From Minisyncoccia bacterium (GTDB taxonomy: Bacteria; Patescibacteriota; Minisyncoccia; 2-02-FULL-40-12; IGHO2-01-FULL-4-A): a DNA stretch of 64,000 nt. This document shows, one piece after another, positions 9,099 through 17,451 of the stretch. Within the stretch, counting starts at the first letter, position 1. Each line of letters starts with the position of its first letter. Made by a program: the position numbers and the translations under genes. The DNA is taken from assembly GCA_050015375.1 (NCBI GenBank), contig JBEKBN010000004.1:15188-79187 (forward strand). The letters are read 5' to 3'. Below the pieces are notes generated by a model. It was not told the origin of the DNA, did not search any database, and was given only the letters and a program-made list of their open reading frames with translations.

Positions 9099-10993
9099 TA
9101 CCCGACAAATACAGAATAAAAAGGATCGAAAATGACGAACTCAAACCGGAAGAAACGCTGGCCGATTCTTTGAGCGACCTCTCACCGATCGAAACGCCCA
9201 TCAGCCGGAATATTTTCGGTTTGGTCTATATTTTGATCGTTCTGGGTTGTTCTTTTTTGATCTTCAAGGCCTTTCAATTGCAGATCATTAGAGGCGGTAA
9301 TTTTGTGGCCGCCATCGAAAAAAATACTTCTTCGGAGTATTCCGCGCCGGCTTTGCGGGGGATCATTTACGACGCCGATTCAAAACCGCTGGTGGAAAAT
9401 ATTCCGATCTTCGACTTGGTGGTGGTGAATGCGGAATTGCCGAAAGTTCAGGCGAACCTGGACAAAACCATATCCGACCTGAGTCCGGTGATAAGTGTTT
9501 TCAAAGACGACCTCGATAAAATATTGGACGAGAACAAAGAATCGGCTTTTTTCTTTTTGAAAAAAGGTCTTTCGAAAGAAGAAATGGCCAAAGTTAACCT
9601 GTTGGGTTTAAAAGGTATTTATGTCATCGCCGATTCGGAACGGCAGTATCTTGGCGGTAATTCGTTTTCCGACCTTTTAGGTTACACATCCAGAGTCAGT
9701 CAGGACAACATGGATCAGGACAATTATTATCTTCCGACCGATAAGATCGGCAAATTGGGCCTTGAACAATATTATGAGGATGATCTTCGGGGAGAACACC
9801 GAAATATAACATTGAACAGCACGGCCAGCGGAACCGCCAGTGATAATTCCGACCTTCAAACCCAGCCCGGCGATAATTTGTATCTGAACATTGACAGCGC
9901 CATGCAGAAACAACTTTATCAAACAATTCTAAATGTTATTGCCCCAGCCGGCTTGTCGCGGGCGGCGGCAATCGTTCAGGATCCGAAAACCGGCGCCGTG
10001 CTGGCCTTGGTCAGTTTACCCTCCTTCGATTCGAATATTTTTGAAAATCCGTCGGAAGGCGAGAACGGCTCGAAGATCACGGATATTTTGGGAGACAAAA
10101 ACCAACCGTTGTTCGACAGGGTGGTCAGCGGTCGTTACAGTTCGGGTTCGACCATCAAGCCATTATTGGCCATGGCCGGTCTCAAGGAAGGCGTGGTCAC
10201 GCCGGAAACGAAGGTTGACGCTGAAGGCAGTATTTCGGTCAGGAGTAAATACGATCCGAGCGTGGTCTATACATTCAAGGACTGGAAAGTTCACGGCATT
10301 GTCGATCTGCGACAGGCCATCGCCAATTCGGTGGATGTCTATTTTTACTCTTTGGGCGGCGGTTACGGCAATATCAGCGGTTTGGGCGACGAAAAAATTA
10401 TCAGCTATTTTCGCCAGATGCTCATGGACAAACAAATGGGGATAGACCTGCCGGGCGAAAATACCGGATTTGTGCCGGACGAGGCCTGGAAACTTAAGAC
10501 CACGGGCACCCCCTGGTATATCGGAGATACTTACAATATCTCTATCGGCCAAGGAGGCATGGGCGTGACGCCGTTGTGGTTGAATACCTATGTCGGCTCG
10601 ATCGCCAATGGCGGGACAATGATGAAACCGTTCGTGGTTAAAGAAATAAAAGACAACAATGGTAAAGTCATCCAGGAAAACCAGCCCCAGGTTCTGGAAC
10701 AAATTCCTTTCGACCCAAAAACCATCCAAGTCGTGAAAGAGGGGATGCGGCTGGCGGTTACCGACGGCACGGCACGACTGCTGAACGATCTACCCCAGCC
10801 GGTGGCGGCAAAGACCGGCACGGCCCAGATCACCGGCACCGGTTACAATTCTTTGTTTATCACCTACGGCCCCTATGATAATCCCCAGATTTCGATGACA
10901 ATTTTGGTTGAGAATGTTTTGAACGAGGGCTATGCCATAAGAATTGCCCATGATTTTTATCAGTGGTATTTCGCGAATTTGTCCAAGAACTAG
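9095..10993 (+). CDS. mrdA: Penicillin-binding protein 2 (peptidoglycan D,D-transpeptidase MrdA)
   Basis: The SxxK motif (SGSTIKP), an SVD motif and a KTGTA motif are present, with an N-terminal TM and a PBP dimerisation domain. It is operonic with mreBCD. Confidence 0.85.
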   Translation: MIPDKYRIKRIENDELKPEETLADSLSDLSPIETPISRNIFGLVYILIVLGCSFLIFKAFQLQIIRGGNFVAAIEKNTSSEYSAPALRGIIYDADSKPLVENIPIFDLVVVNAELPKVQANLDKTISDLSPVISVFKDDLDKILDENKESAFFFLKKGLSKEEMAKVNLLGLKGIYVIADSERQYLGGNSFSDLLGYTSRVSQDNMDQDNYYLPTDKIGKLGLEQYYEDDLRGEHRNITLNSTASGTASDNSDLQTQPGDNLYLNIDSAMQKQLYQTILNVIAPAGLSRAAAIVQDPKTGAVLALVSLPSFDSNIFENPSEGENGSKITDILGDKNQPLFDRVVSGRYSSGSTIKPLLAMAGLKEGVVTPETKVDAEGSISVRSKYDPSVVYTFKDWKVHGIVDLRQAIANSVDVYFYSLGGGYGNISGLGDEKIISYFRQMLMDKQMGIDLPGENTGFVPDEAWKLKTTGTPWYIGDTYNISIGQGGMGVTPLWLNTYVGSIANGGTMMKPFVVKEIKDNNGKVIQENQPQVLEQIPFDPKTIQVVKEGMRLAVTDGTARLLNDLPQPVAAKTGTAQITGTGYNSLFITYGPYDNPQISMTILVENVLNEGYAIRIAHDFYQWYFANLSKN

Positions 10994-11029
10994 CACGAAG
11001 TGCGCAGTGATTGGGTAACAAATTGAGCG

Positions 11030-11176
11030 TCCCTCACTTTCTGTGGAAATCACACATATTCTTTGAGATAACACTTATTTTTCTTCAAAGCGTAATTCTC
11101 ACAGAAAGTGAGGGATAAGCAACTGTTTCCAATCGAGCTTCATGATTACACTCGCTCTCTTGGACATTTGCTTATC
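11030..11176. repeat. Two interlocked inverted-repeat pairs in the mrdA-greA intergenic region
   Basis: IR1 pairs ccctcactttctgtg (11030-11044) with cacagaaagtgaggg (11099-11113). IR2 pairs ggataagcaa (11112-11121) with ttgcttatcc (11167-11176). Confidence 0.7.
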
Positions 11177-11242
11177 CACAGTTTGTTGAAACAAATTTTG
11201 CGGTTGTGATATAATCTTTACTTATTATTTAACTAATCTACC

Positions 11243-11698
11243 ATGGCACAGTATTTCAGCCCCGAGGGTTTGGAAAAATTGAAAAAAGAATTGGAAGACA
11301 GAAAAGGCGAGATTCGTAACGAAATAACCCGGAAAATTTTGACAGCCAAGGAACTAGGTGACTTATCGGAAAACGCCGAATACGCCGAGGCCAAAGAATC
11401 GCAGAGTTTTAATGAAGGCAGGATATCAGAGCTGGAGGAAACCATCAAAGAAGCTGTTGTTATCGGAGCCAACGGCCGGCATGACGCGGTCATAGTCGGC
11501 TCGACGGTAAAATTAAAATCTCCTCATGGAGATCATAAATTCACCATTGTCGGACCGGCGGAGTCCGATCCGGCGAGGGGTTTCATCTCGAACGAATCGC
11601 CGCTAGGTAGCGCCTTCATTGGGCATAAAAAAGGGGAAGAAGTTGAAGTCAAAACCCCGAGCGGGATTGTGAAATACAAGATCGTGGAAATATCATAG
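11243..11698 (+). CDS. greA: Transcription elongation factor GreA
   Basis: An N-terminal coiled coil with the acidic tip LGDLSENAEY is followed by a C-terminal FKBP-like domain. The promoter TTGAAA-18-TGnTATAAT lies upstream at about 11188-11220. Confidence 0.9.
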   Translation: MAQYFSPEGLEKLKKELEDRKGEIRNEITRKILTAKELGDLSENAEYAEAKESQSFNEGRISELEETIKEAVVIGANGRHDAVIVGSTVKLKSPHGDHKFTIVGPAESDPARGFISNESPLGSAFIGHKKGEEVEVKTPSGIVKYKIVEIS

Positions 11699-11700
11699 CC

Positions 11701-11907
11701 GCGAGTCCGGAAATCCCGGACCAGGCTCACCGGATTGCTTTCCGGGGACTTAGGAAATCTCAGCGAGATTTCCGTCATCCGGTTGTCGGTTGCCGTCGCT
11801 GATTGACGGCTTTTTGATTTCACAAAAAGCCGTCAATCAGACCCTGCCGACGGCACCGACAACGGCCCCTGAAAGCAATCCGGTTCGCAGGGATTTCCGA
11901 ACTCGCT
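11701..11907. repeat. Near-perfect palindrome of about 207 nt, arms about 95 nt, centred on a bidirectional terminator hairpin
   Basis: The centre is gattgacggcttttt-gatttcac-aaaaagccgtcaatc (11801-11838). Outer arms pair 11783-11798 with 11848-11862, 11729-11748 with 11866-11885, and 11707-11717 with 11891-11900. Confidence 0.7.
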
Positions 11908-12090
11908 CCAGTTCTTCGCGGACATTTTGAGAGGCAATCACCTCGCCTAATCGCCGGAATATTATTGAAGTTCGGAAATGACCAGCTTCGATATTTTTGG
12001 TCTGCGGCTCAAATGGTGGAAATGAGCCGCAGGAATTAAAAAGCCCACCGATATTCTGGTGGGCGCGGAATAGAAGGCGGGATATGTAAT

Positions 12091-12378
12091 CTAGTTGCTG
12101 GGAGGCGTAATAATTTGATTCCCGGTCTCAGAAATGAGCTTTTCGACCGTTGGGAGTATATCGTCCCACTCAAATGCTCTAGCGCGCTCAATACAAAACT
12201 TGTAGCGATCTACATAGATGTCCTGAACGCCAGGCACATTCAGGATTTGCTTCAGAAGTTGTTTCGTCATTTCCGCGACATCGGAACTCTTGGCACTCAT
12301 TGTGCCATCCGGTGAAAAAAGAACATTGGTGTGAAGGAACATCTTAAACGAGCCAAACGGATCTCTAATGATTTTCAT
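12091..12378 (-). CDS. Nfu/NifU N-terminal-domain-like small protein (Fe-S scaffold related)
   Basis: MKIIRDPFGSFKMF...LLKQILNVPGVQDIYVDRYKFCIERA resembles the Nfu_N domain pattern. An AGGAAAGGGA SD precedes the start. A terminator hairpin cccacc-agaatatc-ggtggg plus a U-tract lies downstream on the minus strand. The ORF track extends the frame to 12408. Confidence 0.45.
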   Translation of the reverse strand: MKIIRDPFGSFKMFLHTNVLFSPDGTMSAKSSDVAEMTKQLLKQILNVPGVQDIYVDRYKFCIERARAFEWDDILPTVEKLISETGNQIITPPSN

Positions 12379-12500
12379 ACTTTCCCTTTCCTTGTCTGCA
12401 GCGCTCACCCCTATTGGTAGCCTGCATATATAATGATAGCATAATGAGATTTGCTTGTCAAGTAGATGTGTTTTTGTCGGAATTTTGATATGATTTTACT

Positions 12501-12530
12501 AGTGGCTAGTCGTTAGTGGCTAGTCGCTTC
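12501..12530. repeat. Short tandem duplication tagtggctagtcg x2 immediately upstream of lysS
   Basis: The sequence reads actagtggctagtcg ttagtggctagtcg. A related gtggctagt motif also appears at 26484-26492, upstream of another gene. Confidence 0.5.
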
Positions 12531-12534
12531 ATTT

Positions 12535-13995
12535 ATGCCACTTGAGGATATAAGACAATCAAGAATCGATAAACTTTCCAAGCTTCGCAAAGCTGGAATA
12601 GATCCCTATCCTGCCCGGGTTTTTCGGACCCACGAAATTGCCGAAGTTCTGGCGGATTTTGACGGCTTCGCGAAATCTGGGAAGAATTTGGTTTTGGTCG
12701 GCCGGGTGATGGCCATGCGCGAACATGGCGGGTCTGCATTTTTGGATTTTGTAGATGGCACAGGAAAATTACAGGCGCTTTTCAAAAAAAACGATCTCGG
12801 CGAAAAAGATTACAAACTATTTCTCGAAACCGTAGACATCGGTGATTTCATTGAAATTACCGGTACGGCTTTCAGAACTAAAAAGAACGAACCGACCATC
12901 GAAGCCAAAAAATATCGGATACTGACAAAGACGCTTTTGCCATTGCCGGAGAAATTTCACGGTCTTCAGGATGTCGAGGAAAGATTCCGCAAGAGATATC
13001 TGGATTTGCTCTTGAATCCGGAACTTCGCGAGAAATTCAAAACCCGGACCTCGATAATTAGTGAACTTCGGCGATTTCTTGACAGGAATGGTTTCATGGA
13101 AGTCGAGACGCTGACTTTGCAGACATTAGCCGGAGGCGCCAACGCCCGGCCATTCAAAACCAAAATCAACGCCTTGGACATGGACGTCTATCTTCGCATC
13201 GCGCCAGAATTGTTTTTAAAGCGGCTTTTGGTTGCCGGTTTTGAGAAGGTCTACGAATTTTGCAAAAATTTCCGAAACGAAGGCATGGACAAGGACCACA
13301 ATCCTGAATTTTCAGAACTGGAATTCTATATTGCCTACAAAGATTACGAATGGCTGATGAAATTCACCGAAGAAATGCTCGAAACAATGGTGGCGAATAT
13401 TTTCGGCAATACCAAAATTAAATACAAAGACGAGGAAATTGATTTTGCCGGACCATACAAGCGGATTTCGTTCAATGAACTTTTGAAAAAATATGCCGAC
13501 ATTGATTACGATGAAGCCAGCGAAGAAGAATTGGCCAAAAAAGCCGAAGAACTGAAAATCACCATTGAGCGGGCGATGACAAAAGGAAATATCGCCGACG
13601 AAATTTACAAAAAAGTCGTTCGGTCAAATATTATTCAGCCGACGTTCATGATAAATCATCCGCTGGAACTGTCGCCTTTGTCAAAAAAAATTCCCGATGA
13701 CCCGGAGCACGTTGCCAGGTTTCAATTAATCGTCGGCGGAACGGAGATCGTCAACGCATTTTCGGAACTGAACGATCCACTTGACCAGCGCGAGCGGTTT
13801 GAAGCCCAGCAAAAATCTGCCAAAAAAGGAAACGAAGAAGCCCATCCTTTTGACGAGGATTTCGTGGAAGCGTTAGAATATGGTATGCCGCCGGCCGCCG
13901 GTTGGGGACTGGGCATCGACCGCCTGGTGGCGATTTTGACGAATTCGCACTCGATAAGAGAAATTATATTATTTCCATTGATGAAACCAAAATAG
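12535..13995 (+). CDS. lysS: Lysyl-tRNA synthetase (class II)
   Basis: An N-terminal OB-fold anticodon-binding domain is followed by class II motifs FRNEGMD and GGTEIVNAFSELNDP and a C-terminal GLGIDRLV. Confidence 0.9.
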   Translation: MPLEDIRQSRIDKLSKLRKAGIDPYPARVFRTHEIAEVLADFDGFAKSGKNLVLVGRVMAMREHGGSAFLDFVDGTGKLQALFKKNDLGEKDYKLFLETVDIGDFIEITGTAFRTKKNEPTIEAKKYRILTKTLLPLPEKFHGLQDVEERFRKRYLDLLLNPELREKFKTRTSIISELRRFLDRNGFMEVETLTLQTLAGGANARPFKTKINALDMDVYLRIAPELFLKRLLVAGFEKVYEFCKNFRNEGMDKDHNPEFSELEFYIAYKDYEWLMKFTEEMLETMVANIFGNTKIKYKDEEIDFAGPYKRISFNELLKKYADIDYDEASEEELAKKAEELKITIERAMTKGNIADEIYKKVVRSNIIQPTFMINHPLELSPLSKKIPDDPEHVARFQLIVGGTEIVNAFSELNDPLDQRERFEAQQKSAKKGNEEAHPFDEDFVEALEYGMPPAAGWGLGIDRLVAILTNSHSIREIILFPLMKPK

Positions 13996-14044
13996 CTCTC
14001 GGATATTGCCTCTCGGGACATCGATTTCCCCAGCGAGAGAATCG

Positions 14045-14095
14045 CCGTTCCGGATTTCGGGCTCACAGAAATGAGCGCCCTCGAGACAACATCCC
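14045..14095 (+). repeat. Dispersed intergenic repeat, about 50 bp (copy 1), immediately upstream of serS
   Basis: ttccggatttcgggctcacagaaatgagcgccctcgagacaac recurs in inverted orientation at 42268-42322 with about two mismatches. It contains the hairpin gctca-cagaaa-tgagc. Confidence 0.65.
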
Positions 14096-14112
14096 CTCGC
14101 TATTTCTTAATC

Positions 14113-15408
14113 ATGTTAGACATTAAATTTATCCGACAAAATCTAGAGCAAGTGAAAAAAGCCGCCAGAGACAAGGGGATCAATGTTGATGTTGATCAGC
14201 TTTTGGATGTGGATGAAAAACGGCGGCAATTAATCGCTAAAAGCGAATCGGTCAAAGCCGAGCAGAAAAAAACAGAAGACCGCGAAAAAGCCAGAAACCT
14301 GAAATTTGAATTCAAAAAGCTGGAGGACGAATTGGCGGAAATCGAAATTGAATTCAAAAAATTGATGGTCCAAATTCCAACCGTGCCGTCGCCGGACACG
14401 CCGATCGGAAAAGGCCCCGACGACAATGTTGAAATTTATCATTGGGGAGAAATTCCGAAGTTTTCCAGCAAAGACGGATTTGAACCCAAAAACCACATTG
14501 AACTAGCCGAATCACTGGATCTTATTGATTTTGACAGAGGAACCAAGGTCGGCGGCTTCAGGGGTTATTATTTAAAAAACGAGGGCGCAATGTTGGCCAT
14601 GGCTTTAATGATGTTCGCGATGGAGAAAATGATCTCCAAAGGATACAAATTAATAATTCCGCCGACACTGGTCAAGGGATTTGCTCTTTTTGGCAGTGGA
14701 TATTTCAAAGGGCTTGAATATGATCCCGAAGTTGATGAGATCTATGAAGTGGCTACCCGCGACAAAGAAAGTTCCGGAGAAAAAAGCAAGGAACGGAAAT
14801 TCTTGATCGGCACGGCCGAACCGGCGCTTCTGGCGTATTATGCCGACGAAATCATCAAGGAAGAGGACTTGCCGATAAAACTTGTCGGCTTCAGCCAGTG
14901 CTATCGGAGCGAGATCGGCAGTTATGGCAAAGATACGAAAGGTTTGTATCGGGTCCATGAATTCATGAAAGTTGAACAGGTTATCATCTCTAAGGCCGAT
15001 ATTGCAGAAAGCGACAAGCTCCAGCAAGAAATGGTGGAAATCGTCCGTGAGATGCATCAGGAACTTGGTTTGCCGTTCAGGCAAATTCAAATGTGTGCTG
15101 GAGAAATGAGTGCCGGTAAATACAAGGCCTTTGACACCGAGGCCTGGTTGCCTGCGTCAAACCGCTGGGCCGAGACCGGCTCAGCCAGCAATTTTCTTGA
15201 CTGGCAAGCCCGTCGGCTAAATGTCCGCTACGCCGACAAACACGGCGAAAAAAAATTTGCTTATCTTTTGAACAACACCGCTTTGCCGACGCCACGACCG
15301 CTCATGGCTATTTTGGAAAATTTCCAGACCAAAGAGGGAACGGTGAAAATCCCGAAGGTTTTACAAAAATACATGCTCGGGAAAAAAGAGATTCACCCTG
15401 TTAAATAA
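14113..15408 (+). CDS. serS: Seryl-tRNA synthetase
   Basis: An N-terminal coiled-coil arm (MLDIKFIRQNLE...) and a class II core are present. An upstream in-frame ATG at 14071 would add 14 aa that do not look like SerRS. Confidence 0.9.
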   Translation: MLDIKFIRQNLEQVKKAARDKGINVDVDQLLDVDEKRRQLIAKSESVKAEQKKTEDREKARNLKFEFKKLEDELAEIEIEFKKLMVQIPTVPSPDTPIGKGPDDNVEIYHWGEIPKFSSKDGFEPKNHIELAESLDLIDFDRGTKVGGFRGYYLKNEGAMLAMALMMFAMEKMISKGYKLIIPPTLVKGFALFGSGYFKGLEYDPEVDEIYEVATRDKESSGEKSKERKFLIGTAEPALLAYYADEIIKEEDLPIKLVGFSQCYRSEIGSYGKDTKGLYRVHEFMKVEQVIISKADIAESDKLQQEMVEIVREMHQELGLPFRQIQMCAGEMSAGKYKAFDTEAWLPASNRWAETGSASNFLDWQARRLNVRYADKHGEKKFAYLLNNTALPTPRPLMAILENFQTKEGTVKIPKVLQKYMLGKKEIHPVK

Positions 15409-15420
15409 CTTTAAATTCTG

Positions 15421-15678
15421 ATGGTATATTTTGTGTACGTTCTTCAATCTATTCGTGATAAAAAGTTTTATACGGGATATACAAAGAATTTAAAGTTAAG
15501 ATTTGAGCAACACCAAAAAGGATTGGTCAACTCAACAAAAAATAGGAGACCATTAAAATTGATATATTTTGAAGGGTGTCTAAATCAACAGGATGCTACC
15601 CACAGGGAAAAGTATTTAAAAACATATTTAGGTAAATTTTTTTTGAGAAATAGGCTCAAATCTTATTTAACAGGGTAA
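15421..15678 (+). CDS. GIY-YIG nuclease family small protein
   Basis: VYFVYVLQS...KFYTGYTKNLKLRFEQH is a GIY-YIG motif. The gene is markedly AT-rich and wedged between the serS stop and the ftsQ-like ATG. Its TAA stop directly abuts the next ATG. Confidence 0.7.
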   Translation: MVYFVYVLQSIRDKKFYTGYTKNLKLRFEQHQKGLVNSTKNRRPLKLIYFEGCLNQQDATHREKYLKTYLGKFFLRNRLKSYLTG

Positions 15679-16542
15679 ATGGCCGTCGATTACAATCAAC
15701 ATCTTAAAACCCTCCGGCGGAAACAATTCAAGAAAACCTCGCGCAAATTCTATCTGATCTCGGGAGGGTTTTTTTTGATTTTAGCCGGCCTGGTCTATGT
15801 TTTGTTCTTCGCGAAATTGTTTGATATCCGAGCGGTCAAGGTCAGCGCTACGGAAAATATTTCCGCCGACGAGATCCAAAAACTGGCCGAGGCCTGGCTG
15901 AATGGAAGGTATTTCGGTATCGAGCGTCGCAGGAATTATCTATTTTTCCAACCTCAAAAAATATCAGCCATCTTGACCGGCAATATTTTTGCGGTCAGCT
16001 CGGTGTCGGTCACAAGAACGAATCACGACCTTGAAATTAATGTCAGCGAGAGAAAACCGATCGGCGTCTGGTGTCTGACAAAGCAAAACCAGTGTTTCTT
16101 TTTCGACGATGATGGTATCGCGTTTCGGGAGACCAACCCGAGCGAGGGTTTCATTTATTTGAATGTCGCCGATGATCGCGACCGGACTGTTGATTTGGGA
16201 CAGCAAGTTGAATCAAAAGAATGGCTCGACCGGATAATTTCGGTCAAAGACCTTTTGAATCGAAACCAATTTGAGGCGGCGCAATTTGTTTTACCCGAAA
16301 AAACTTTTGACGAGTTTGATGTTGAAACGATTCCCCAAACCATTCCTCAAACGAACAATATCGCCAGCGGTCAAAATCCGGTGATTCCGAAAAGTTTCAA
16401 TATCATGTTAAGCACGACAACCGATTACGAACGCCAACTCACCGACTTCATTGACGTTTATAATAAAAAAATGACTCCCGATGAGAGGAGTAATTTGCAA
16501 TACGCGGATCTGCGAGTCGCCGACAGGATTTATTACAAATAA
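15679..16542 (+). CDS. ftsQ: Cell division protein FtsQ/DivIB-like (POTRA domain)
   Basis: A short cytoplasmic N-terminus is followed by a single TM, a POTRA-like segment and a beta domain. Confidence 0.5.
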   Translation: MAVDYNQHLKTLRRKQFKKTSRKFYLISGGFFLILAGLVYVLFFAKLFDIRAVKVSATENISADEIQKLAEAWLNGRYFGIERRRNYLFFQPQKISAILTGNIFAVSSVSVTRTNHDLEINVSERKPIGVWCLTKQNQCFFFDDDGIAFRETNPSEGFIYLNVADDRDRTVDLGQQVESKEWLDRIISVKDLLNRNQFEAAQFVLPEKTFDEFDVETIPQTIPQTNNIASGQNPVIPKSFNIMLSTTTDYERQLTDFIDVYNKKMTPDERSNLQYADLRVADRIYYK

Positions 16543-16552
16543 AAAAATTGAA

Positions 16553-16589
16553 GGGGTGACCATGGTGGTCACCCCTTTTTGCCCGTTAG
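16553..16589 (+). terminator. Rho-independent terminator
   Basis: aaggggtgacc-atg-gtggtcacccctt is followed by ttt. The stem is a perfect 12 bp. Confidence 0.75.
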
Positions 16590-16599
16590 GTTCCTTGAG

Positions 16600-17420
16600 G
16601 TTCCTTGGGCACCTTCATGAAAGGACAGATTTTCGGGAGAGAAACGGATAATGATCCGTTTCTCTCCCCGCGGTGGCTCGGCGTATTTAACACCGGGGGC
16701 ACCGAGCCCGAGTCGCAATTCCAAAACATTAAATACGTATGGCCCCGAGTCTTGGAACAGCGAGTCGGCGGTGATGCGGGACACTCGGGTGATTGTGATA
16801 GCGATCCTTTCTTTGAGGCGGCGCAATCACGATTTCAGCTTCTTGGTTCCCGTTACTGGGAATAATTTTTGCCACACCCGCAATCGCCTGCACGCGTGCT
16901 ACGCAGGGGATACGGTACTTTTGGCCGAAACCTGGTCCGCACTGAGAGTGTGCGAACAAGAATGTTTCGCCAAGTTTGAATACATAGATATCGGGCTCGG
17001 AATATCCAAACCCTATCTTACAAGGAAAGCACTTACCCGAACTCGTCTCGTTCATCGTGAGCTCCTAGCAACGTCCTGCGTAAAAGCAATGCGCCGTCGA
17101 GAGAGAGGTGAACGAGTCAGGGGGAGTGATTCACAGGTTACCTCCCATCAATAATTTCCGACAAGTCTCTAGACCCAAAGTGAATCCAATTTGAGATTGA
17201 AGCTTTGGCAGTAACCGTGGCCAAAATCCAGCCACATTTGTCTGCGCTTTTTTGGCTCTCCTTTTCTCAAAATTGGAGCCACCTCTGGATCGTTGAGGCG
17301 CGATCCTGTTTTTTTGTTTCGCGTGCCCTTTGCTTTCGCAGGTCGAAGACCGCTAATCACTCCAGACACTGATTTGTAAAGATCGCCGGTAACTTCCCGG
17401 TTTAAATCAATGCTACCTCA
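16600..17420. other. GC-rich non-coding region of about 820 bp, packed with hairpins, candidate structured RNA(s) or a decayed element
   Basis: No protein-like ORF is present. The only ORFs are Arg-rich with no domain. It contains the perfect hairpin gggagagaaacggat-aatg-atccgtttctctccc (16636-16670), a direct repeat ggttccttg x2, and many further stems. GC content is clearly above the neighbouring genes. Confidence 0.3.
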
Positions 17421-17451
17421 TTTCCAGATGAAATACAAGTGAGGTTGTTGA

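Noticed and set aside
10163-10729. 188-aa minus-strand ORF inside mrdA
   Set aside because: It lies antisense to a strongly supported PBP2 frame that carries the SxxK, SVD and KTG motifs. It is a shadow ORF.
16651-17154. 167-aa plus and 108-aa minus ORFs inside the GC-rich 16.6-17.4 kb gap
   Set aside because: Both are Arg/Ser/Pro-rich with no domain signature, no SD and no promoter context. Their codon usage is unlike neighbouring genes. They are more likely random frames in a structured or non-coding region.
17169-17369. 66-aa basic ORF (GTG start) resembling a small ribosomal protein (RPAKAKGTRNKK...)
   Set aside because: The basic composition is suggestive, but there is no convincing match to the L34/L35/L36/S21 consensus, the start codon is GTG without an SD, and the ORF is embedded in the GC-rich structured region. 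Left unannotated.
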